Assembly: GCA_945889315.1 (NCBI GenBank)
Contig: CAMDBP010000004.1
Coordinates: 4,702 to 68,701, forward strand
Length of the DNA stretch: 64,000 nucleotides
From: Chitinophaga pinensis
GTDB taxonomy: Bacteria; Bacteroidota; Bacteroidia; NS11-12g; UBA9320
Reading direction: 5' to 3'
Part shown: piece by piece, positions 57,901-64,000 of the stretch
Layout of the letters: each line of letters opens with the position of its first letter
Numbering within the stretch: the stretch's first letter is position 1
The notes under the pieces: generated by a model
The model's database searches: none
What the model saw: the letters and a program-made list of their open reading frames with translations, nothing else
What the model was told of the DNA's origin: nothing
Made by a program: the position numbers and the translations under genes

Positions 57901-60065
57901 TGATGCTGTGTATTTATTCCATTTAAGTACCACTTTATAGAAACTATATTTTCTTTAAAACGTTCTACTAAAATGGGCGCTGGGGCGCACACACCCGCAT
58001 CTACAAACCAACTTAACTTTGCGCTGTCCTTCACTTTAATCATTTGAATAAGTGAGTCTTTACAGCCAGATGTTCGGTTATAGGTCCACAATTTAAGATT
58101 ATCCAAGTTGGAAAAAGTATATGTAAATGTGGTGTCAGAACTTAGAAAAACATCGTTTAACGAATAGCTAAAACTATCTACTTCTTTTAAAATACCTAAA
58201 ACCTTTTTTTGACTTGTAATACACGAATCTTCTTGCAAAGAAAATGATCCATAAGGCCCTTTAAGATTAATCGCATTTTTATCTAATACAGAGTCAGAAC
58301 AGCCATAATGAGATACGATATGTAGCACATCGAAATCACCAGGAAAATCTTTCATTTGTGCGTCGAACGATTTGGTTACAGCAGATTGATTTGCAATCTT
58401 CCATCTAAAAGCATTCGGTTTATTGGGAGCCTTGGACGTATTGGTTAGGTATAATGACTCTCCTACACAAATGGTATCCTGTTCTAAAGCGTAAGCAGCG
58501 ACTGGTTTATTGCCCCCTCCTATAGTATTTACAATATTAAAGGTACACCCAGATTTATCCTTTATCTTGATGGGCAAACCGTAATATCCAGTGTCTACAA
58601 TACGTAATGTAGGCGGCGAAAATCCCTGATATTTAGATAAGCCAAATTCCGTGAAATCCCAAAAAATAGAATCTATTGCCCAAATTCCTTTTGCTGTTAA
58701 ATAAGGTTTATAATTAAACGGAACACAAGCGCCAGTGTCAGCACTTGGACTAAATCTGCCAAAAGACTGATAAATCGTATCGACATAGGTAACTTCACAA
58801 CCGGCATCATTCATTTGATAAAGCGATATATAATGTTCACCTTCTTTATTAAAAACATTAAGCGATCGCACATCAAATCTATTTTGACTATTATCAATTC
58901 TCCAGAAAAATGAATCTATCCCCGTAGAGTCAAAAGTACTTATTACTAATGGTTGTTCACCACATATAGCACTTGGATTTTGTATCGTATTTTTAGGTAA
59001 ATAGTTTATGTTTACTTCTTTTGTTTTAGTGCCAGTGCACTGACCGTTGGTTACCTCAAGTTTAATGTTTTGTTTGCCGGCAGGCAGCTTTTTGGTTACT
59101 TTTTCTCCAGTAACCGATGTTTTATTATCAAAAGTCCATTGGTAAACAGTACTGCTCGTTAATCTTGGAACGATGTATTCTTCCAGTTCGAAAAGACTTC
59201 CCTCACAAATGGTATCTGGTAATGTAAAATCAACAACCAGAGGTGCGATTTCAACTTTGTTACTTTGGGTGAGGCTATCTGAGCAACCGGAAGTGTGCTT
59301 TGCCACTAATTTTACATCATACTTACCCGCTGCAGTATAGGTATGACTGGGAGAATAGGTCGTTGACGTTTGACCATCACCAAATATCCATTTAAAACTG
59401 GTGTTAGCGCTTGGCGTGTAGTTAGTTACATTTATAGTTATTGGAGCCTTACACGCTCGATTGTCTGGAAACGAATAGTTTACTTGCGGTTTTTCTTTGA
59501 TTTCGATATAGTTTGTTTTGACCGTATCCCATGAGCAGCCAAACGTATCTGTAACAAAGAGTTTGATGGTATAAAAGGACGAATTCGTATATTGATGAAA
59601 AGCGCTTTTTTGAGGCGAAGTATAACCATCACCAAAATCCCAAAGCCATGTTTTCAATGGACCACTTCCTGCTGAACTTGCGTCTGTAAATTGAATATTT
59701 TCGCGTTCACAAATGCGTTGAGCACTCACATTGAAATTAACCTTAGGTAACTTATAGATCGTAATTTGCTTGCTAACGCTGGTTGAAACACCCGCTCCAT
59801 CAACTGCGGTAAGGGTTACATTAAATATCCCTGGTCGGTCATAAATAGTTGAAGCATCTATGAAATTGGAAGAGTTCCCATTTCCAAAAGTCCATGAAAA
59901 TGATTTTGCCGAACCTGTTGATGTATTTGTAAAATTAATGGTGGCAGGAGGACAAGCAGAAAAGGTATTCGGTGTAAAGTCAGGCACCACCTGTGCTTGA
60001 GTGTACGTCACGCACATTATCGCCACGAAAAGAGCAAGTAATTTACACGCTAATCTCATCTGCAC
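54918..60065 (-). CDS. 1715-aa multi-PKD-domain surface protein with gliding-motility-associated C-terminal domain (T9SS type-B sorting domain)
   Basis: Signal peptide and repeated W.FGDG PKD motifs with GC.DS pattern. The C-terminus (FAPNAMSPNGDGLNDVYRIRG...WDGTYRGKRVPSGCYFYVV) matches the gliding-motility C-terminal domain. Confidence 0.85.
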   Translation of the reverse strand: MQMRLACKLLALFVAIMCVTYTQAQVVPDFTPNTFSACPPATINFTNTSTGSAKSFSWTFGNGNSSNFIDASTIYDRPGIFNVTLTAVDGAGVSTSVSKQITIYKLPKVNFNVSAQRICERENIQFTDASSAGSGPLKTWLWDFGDGYTSPQKSAFHQYTNSSFYTIKLFVTDTFGCSWDTVKTNYIEIKEKPQVNYSFPDNRACKAPITINVTNYTPSANTSFKWIFGDGQTSTTYSPSHTYTAAGKYDVKLVAKHTSGCSDSLTQSNKVEIAPLVVDFTLPDTICEGSLFELEEYIVPRLTSSTVYQWTFDNKTSVTGEKVTKKLPAGKQNIKLEVTNGQCTGTKTKEVNINYLPKNTIQNPSAICGEQPLVISTFDSTGIDSFFWRIDNSQNRFDVRSLNVFNKEGEHYISLYQMNDAGCEVTYVDTIYQSFGRFSPSADTGACVPFNYKPYLTAKGIWAIDSIFWDFTEFGLSKYQGFSPPTLRIVDTGYYGLPIKIKDKSGCTFNIVNTIGGGNKPVAAYALEQDTICVGESLYLTNTSKAPNKPNAFRWKIANQSAVTKSFDAQMKDFPGDFDVLHIVSHYGCSDSVLDKNAINLKGPYGSFSLQEDSCITSQKKVLGILKEVDSFSYSLNDVFLSSDTTFTYTFSNLDNLKLWTYNRTSGCKDSLIQMIKVKDSAKLSWFVDAGVCAPAPILVERFKENIVSIKWYLNGINTQHQLPSLYTLKSQGGAVRVKLVGYANGGCSIELDTVINVIGSRLDSKVGQSFGCFPKVLTLIDSFWNDTNNIRRWVIDGDTIPSNSVVTKYTISGLKDPSSKVIKVNILADLDSCESTQQFNLAHNGVTFTSSYTDSIISCNVSQFTFKMDVSSDQLRKVTGYQFRYKGSTNYSSSPVFKQQMLLNNKADTVFLTVLNTTGCNTTQFLIVNKPKPAIYADFSSSNPIAPCAPLQVNFKDESSSLFGKIVAHEWRIDNKFFSSAPNPTRIFTEPSNYKIALKITDERGCIDSVVLDSFVRIKGAIVELVFGQNTLCSNDTFLGLVTKGNAVKFEWDMGDGSVLLGDTISYRYDNAGSYKVKVLVSDSSNCKYPIDNSDPILVYKSPVARFLGESRCVNDMLTLYDSTSASQKITQRTWDIDGNKITALNKVKYNTGSTDVRAKLTVVDSAGCKDSIEETIKLYKIEADFRIDQAYYCIGDTIKTTDLSNSDTSILSYSYSVSGNVIGSSKNTTFKIVDEGAFDLKLNVINKAGCKDSITKEAIIKVVGPQNKSNATLRYLSVGENNEVFFNLVKDTTGLFEKYELYNAASTKIWESSNVTNTTGTLIGLNPQKFSVCLKLVGTNRCEAPDISALDEHCTINTFGQSAPMSRIVRWNAYAGWKKIDGYDIYREGDAGYELLAKVPADSLSYTDTEHLNCDAAQHYKVAAYGFDVSYSDTCHIKPVWNYTTKPVKLSNVTVNTGNQIELSIEPSSSALIPISGLEILRTGEVTDVISSPIVLSYLDNSVNTQQRSYSYKVRQVDECGGISAPSSAVNSIYLKVENDLSLYPLLTWTQERIWDTKFEQYQVFKKDNEVSVLIATVTGKLDTTYLDKTGDIECASEACYQVVALSQDGLSSYSNSNCTGSSSALFAPNAMSPNGDGLNDVYRIRGLYISQFHFEVYTRWGEKIFETDECMQPWDGTYRGKRVPSGCYFYVVNAIGADRVRHYNNGTLTVLE

Positions 60066-60143
60066 AGGTTATAAAAATAGACGCTCACGAAACATCCTCA
60101 AAATTACCGTAAAACTACAAAAAAAATAAGAATCGCTAAAGTG

Positions 60144-62348
60144 CTACTGAAACCAATAAATAAACTTAACTACCAATGCTCTATTTTTAACAATTAAATT
60201 TGAAGCTACGTAGTTTTCTGAGTAAACAAGATACAAATCTGACAATGGACGATAGCGCCATTGTAATCTGGAATTGATATTGAAATTATTCGCTTGCGTA
60301 TTGTACTGAAAAAAAGTAGTGAAGAAAACTGCTTTGGTAAATGACATTTCAGCGGTAGCTCCAATAAGTGATATATCCACGGTCTTATCTAAATGTGGCA
60401 TATCAATACTATTATAATTATAGGATAGACCGAAGGTTCCCCATGGCTGCCAACGATAGTTTAAATCTAACTTCGCATTTGTTCGTTGTCCGCTATAATA
60501 CTCTCCCACCATAAGATCGGCTTCCCAGTTAAACGGTTTGCGTAAGTTTGATATATAGCTCAACGCAAGATTAGTATAAGAATAGCCCCCTGATGCAATA
60601 GCAGAATCTCCTGTAAACGAAACATCGGTATCAAAAAAAAGCTTGGTGTACCATTGGTTGTAATACGCAATAAGGTTACTTGTATTCTTAAACTGAACCT
60701 CGTATCCATATCTTACTTGATTATCGGTAAGAGCATAGGCGTTATCCATATATCTATCCATATACACACTTGGACCATGGTAAATTAGATTGGCTGATTT
60801 CTTTGGATAAAAATTATACCGCAACAAAGGCTCTAAGCGCCAAAATCCATGGCGTTCTATCGTAAACAGTTGTGGATTATAGCGTTCTATTCTTGGCACA
60901 AAACCTACGGCTGCATTATAATTTTTGCCGACGTACTCATGATTCCACATAGCCCTAAAACTAGGGGTTGAAAAAGTGTACCATGATGCGTGTGCGTAAC
61001 TATCTGCGGGTTTATCAAAGGTGAAACTCTTATGAAAAAAAACTTTACCTCTATGGTTTCTATCTGCCGAAGCAAAATTATAATCTACTCCAAGAAGTCT
61101 GTTGAATGCGGACTTATCAAATTCTCGGTTCTCTATACTTGATCTGTTTACGCCTATAACACCAATATTTGAACTTGCTCCTAGTTGCCTTTGCAATGCA
61201 GCTACACTGAAATTTTGACCAAGACCTGCGGTGCCGCCATCGGTTTGCATAGTCATTGCCCCTACTCGCCAGTTATCTCCAACTTTACCACTTAGCCTCG
61301 CCCCGCCCAGAATAGGAATCGTACCCCCATCTTTAAGGCCTATTTTTCGACTGAAAAAAGGCCGTATCTGACTAAAACCGAAGTTAGCAAACAAGTCGCC
61401 ATTTTCTATGAAAAAATTTCTTCTTTCTGGAAAAAATAAACTAAATCTGCTAAGGTTGGTCTGCTGCCTATCTACCTCAACTTGAGAAAAATCGGGGTTT
61501 ACCGTAAGATCTAATTGCAAACTTGAACTAATAGCTATCTTGGCATCTACACCCCCATTCACTATGGGTTTAGGCTCTGTAGCTGCTGCATAATCTTTAC
61601 TCAATCCTCCGCTAACGTAGGGAATTATAGCTACATATTTTTTGGGTTTTTCGAGCGGCTTATCCCAAATAAGTTTACCACAGTAGTTTAGCGTTGCTAT
61701 GTTAAAATTACGTGGAACTGCCGCCCATGCGGAACTCTCATTTCTCTTTAAATCATTTCGGGTAAAATTGATACTCCACTCCTTACTACCTTCGGCAAAT
61801 CGAAGACTATTAAAAGGTATTGAAATCTCTACCAACCACTTTCCTTCTGCTTGACTTACAGCAGAGTACCAAAGGTTGTCCCAAGCTGTTGTAATGCCAA
61901 AGTCTCCCCCATTTTCAATACTTCCTTCGCGCTGTACTCCCTTCGGACTCACTGCAAAACTAAAACCATTGGTCTTATCATTGGAAGGATTAAAAATAAC
62001 AGAGAATGCATCCGTTCGCGGATACGAAAAATCTCGTTTCAAGCTTTGTATAATGTACTCACCCGGAATCTCATCATAACAAACTGCAGCAATGTATAGG
62101 TTCTTATCGTCATACGTAAGCATTACCTCCGTCTTACTTTTGGCAAAAGCCGTATCGATTGGCGTACTGATAAAAAAATCTTTCGCCTTTTCTGCCTGTT
62201 GCCAGACGGTCTCGTTTAAAATACCGTCTACTGTAATAGCTTGCTCTGTTTTTTGAATGTGGAGCACAGGTTCTGGTTTTTGGCCAAAACTGAGCATTAC
62301 ACGGAATATCAAAACTAAACAAATAAGATATCTCAAAGCGGGTGTCAA
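60144..62348 (-). CDS. CBM9-like/DOMON-like N-terminal domain plus DUF5916-type outer-membrane beta-barrel protein
   Basis: Signal peptide, DG.LNE.VWQQAE CBM9-like start and a long beta-strand-rich C-terminal portion ending in an aromatic residue (YWFQ). Confidence 0.65.
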   Translation of the reverse strand: MTPALRYLICLVLIFRVMLSFGQKPEPVLHIQKTEQAITVDGILNETVWQQAEKAKDFFISTPIDTAFAKSKTEVMLTYDDKNLYIAAVCYDEIPGEYIIQSLKRDFSYPRTDAFSVIFNPSNDKTNGFSFAVSPKGVQREGSIENGGDFGITTAWDNLWYSAVSQAEGKWLVEISIPFNSLRFAEGSKEWSINFTRNDLKRNESSAWAAVPRNFNIATLNYCGKLIWDKPLEKPKKYVAIIPYVSGGLSKDYAAATEPKPIVNGGVDAKIAISSSLQLDLTVNPDFSQVEVDRQQTNLSRFSLFFPERRNFFIENGDLFANFGFSQIRPFFSRKIGLKDGGTIPILGGARLSGKVGDNWRVGAMTMQTDGGTAGLGQNFSVAALQRQLGASSNIGVIGVNRSSIENREFDKSAFNRLLGVDYNFASADRNHRGKVFFHKSFTFDKPADSYAHASWYTFSTPSFRAMWNHEYVGKNYNAAVGFVPRIERYNPQLFTIERHGFWRLEPLLRYNFYPKKSANLIYHGPSVYMDRYMDNAYALTDNQVRYGYEVQFKNTSNLIAYYNQWYTKLFFDTDVSFTGDSAIASGGYSYTNLALSYISNLRKPFNWEADLMVGEYYSGQRTNAKLDLNYRWQPWGTFGLSYNYNSIDMPHLDKTVDISLIGATAEMSFTKAVFFTTFFQYNTQANNFNINSRLQWRYRPLSDLYLVYSENYVASNLIVKNRALVVKFIYWFQ

Positions 62349-62403
62349 ACCTACGAAATAGTATATAATTTAAAGACGCGATATTGCAAAAAAGCTAAGA
62401 TTA

Positions 62404-64000
62404 CTATCTCACTATTAATGTTTCACTTAAGCCAGCGACACTTAATACAAACTTACCTGGCTCCACTTGCCATATCATGTCTTTATTCACAAACGCTAAA
62501 TCCTTTACGGGTATCTTGAGGTTATAATCAACAGAAGTTCCCGCTGCAATAAATTTTTTATCAAATGCTCTTAAGCGCTTTACCGATGGGGTTACACTTG
62601 CCACCATATCTGCTACATATATCAGTGCGGCTTCTTTACCGTCTATAATCCCTGTATTTGTTACCGTAAATGAGACATTAATTGTATCTGCCTCATTTAA
62701 CTCTTTTTTAGCCACAACCAAATTACTGTATGTAAAATTTGAATAGCTTAAACCATATCCAAATTCCCATTGCGGATTAAATGCGTTATATCCAAAAGTA
62801 GGATCTAATCTGTCTGTATACTTGTGATCATATGTGAGTAGATCGTTGGTATACCGGGGATACGTCACCGGTAACTTACCACTTGGATTAACTTTACCAT
62901 ACAGAATATCTGCTAACGCTCTAGTCCCATTTTCTGAAGGCTGATACGCCATGATTATAGCTGCGCACAAGGGTTCTACCTCGCGCACGATCCGCGTTCT
63001 GTTTTCTACCAAGACCAACACTATTTTCTTCCCGGTTTTTGCCAAACGCTTTATATAGTCAATCTGTGCTTGTTCTAAATCTAACGAATGAATGTCTCCT
63101 ACTTTTTCTGTACTAGGCAATTCGCCCATGCACGCCACAATTATTTCCGCATTTTGCGTTATACTTATCGCATTTTCTATATCAGTTGGTGCATTTATAC
63201 CTGATCCTTCTGCATAAAATACATTCGGACTTATCACTTTTATAGCTTCAAGTATTGTAAGTTTGGTTTCATCATTCCATTTGGATTCTGTTCCTTGCCA
63301 GGTGCGTGTCCATGCACCATTTACTAGCGTTAATGCATTAGCCATAGGTCCTGTTACCATAACCTTATTATCTAACTTAAGCGGCAAGATACTTCCTTCA
63401 TTTTTTAGTAACGTAATAGACTCTGCAGCGACGTTATAACTAGCTTGAACAAAACTATCTGAAGCTACCAATGGATATGCGTGCGTAGCAGGAGAATAAG
63501 GCTCTTCAAATAAATTAAGTCTATACTTCATTCGCAAGATCCTAGAAACTGCTTCATCTATTCTGCTCATGGGCACTTCTCCTTCTTCTACAAGTTGTAC
63601 GAGCAAATCAGAAAACTGATAATCATTAGGAACCATACTCATATCAATTCCTGCATTGATAGCAATTTTAACCGCTTCTTTTAGGTTAGTAGCAACACGA
63701 TGCGGATGCTCTAATTTCATTATATCTTCCCAGTCGGTAACTGCAACACCATCAAAACCTAGTTCTTCTCGAAGCAACTTAGTCAAAATTACAGGATTAG
63801 CGTGTACTGGCAAACCGTTTATCTCACCTGAGTTTATCATTACGCTGAGTGCTCCAGCGTCTATTGCAGCTTTGAACGATGGTAAGAAATATTCTCGCAT
63901 CATACGCTCATCCATGTACACAGCAGTTCTGTCTTTGCCGGTATAAGGCATGCTGTAGCCCAAAAAATGTTTTAAACAGGCAGAAACTTTTTCTGGATCA
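62404..64000 (-). CDS. bglX: glycoside hydrolase family 3 beta-glucosidase (N-terminus outside window)
   Basis: The frame stays open to nt 64000 (..KHFLGYS..). Carries the GH3 motif GFDGVAVTDWEDI with the nucleophile Asp, plus a C-terminal Fn3-like domain. Confidence 0.9.
   Translation of the reverse strand, partial: DPEKVSACLKHFLGYSMPYTGKDRTAVYMDERMMREYFLPSFKAAIDAGALSVMINSGEINGLPVHANPVILTKLLREELGFDGVAVTDWEDIMKLEHPHRVATNLKEAVKIAINAGIDMSMVPNDYQFSDLLVQLVEEGEVPMSRIDEAVSRILRMKYRLNLFEEPYSPATHAYPLVASDSFVQASYNVAAESITLLKNEGSILPLKLDNKVMVTGPMANALTLVNGAWTRTWQGTESKWNDETKLTILEAIKVISPNVFYAEGSGINAPTDIENAISITQNAEIIVACMGELPSTEKVGDIHSLDLEQAQIDYIKRLAKTGKKIVLVLVENRTRIVREVEPLCAAIIMAYQPSENGTRALADILYGKVNPSGKLPVTYPRYTNDLLTYDHKYTDRLDPTFGYNAFNPQWEFGYGLSYSNFTYSNLVVAKKELNEADTINVSFTVTNTGIIDGKEAALIYVADMVASVTPSVKRLRAFDKKFIAAGTSVDYNLKIPVKDLAFVNKDMIWQVEPGKFVLSVAGLSETLIVR

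Noticed and set aside
1-64000. Search for rRNA, tRNA, CRISPR arrays, transposases/integrases, reverse transcriptases and toxin-antitoxin pairs
   Set aside because: No intergenic gap has cloverleaf-like or rRNA-like sequence, and there are no regularly spaced direct repeats. No ORF carries DDE, tyrosine/serine recombinase or RT motifs. The window looks like core chromosome.

Overview
This is a 64-kb chromosomal segment from a Bacteroidota genome, probably Flavobacteriia-like. The assignment rests on three T9SS cargo proteins (two type-A sorting domains and one gliding-motility type-B C-terminal domain), the DUF6089-DUF6089-uppS-bamA arrangement, TAnnTTTG -7 promoter boxes close to start codons, and the absence of obvious Shine-Dalgarno sequences. 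I support 51 protein-coding regions, two truncated by the window edges and one apparently disrupted. Nearly all are core housekeeping genes: envelope biogenesis (uppS, bamA, lpxK, glmS, anmK), fatty-acid synthesis (acpP, fabF), a TetR-controlled beta-oxidation operon, menaquinone (menA, menC), central metabolism (pyk, a Glu/Leu/Phe/Val-family dehydrogenase, tdh, a fused 2-oxoacid dehydrogenase E1), translation and RNA functions (gltX, rnc, rsmA, metK), peptidases and surface proteins. I found no rRNA, tRNA, CRISPR array, transposase, integrase or recognisable defence island. I therefore cannot point to a clear multi-gene novel system in this window. The most unusual structure is a family of AT-rich repeats (core GATATARGA) confined to the boundaries and spacers of the tetR-fadB-fadA-4HB-fadE operon. 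Two arms of it form a long-range inverted repeat that exactly brackets a four-helix-bundle ORF of the type found in 23S rRNA intervening sequences. This resembles an IVS-like cassette sitting inside an mRNA operon. Other points worth a second look are listed below.
- lpxK has no canonical start codon for its conserved N-terminal helix.
- A small lipoprotein gene has an in-frame TGA inside its signal peptide.
- A three-part repeat, with one copy abutting the start codon, lies upstream of an orphan COG1373/DUF4143 ATPase.
- A candidate TetR operator palindrome lies upstream of the beta-oxidation operon.
- Two unknown-function genes are tightly coupled to pyk.
All coordinates of short motifs were counted by hand, and no database or folding computation was run.
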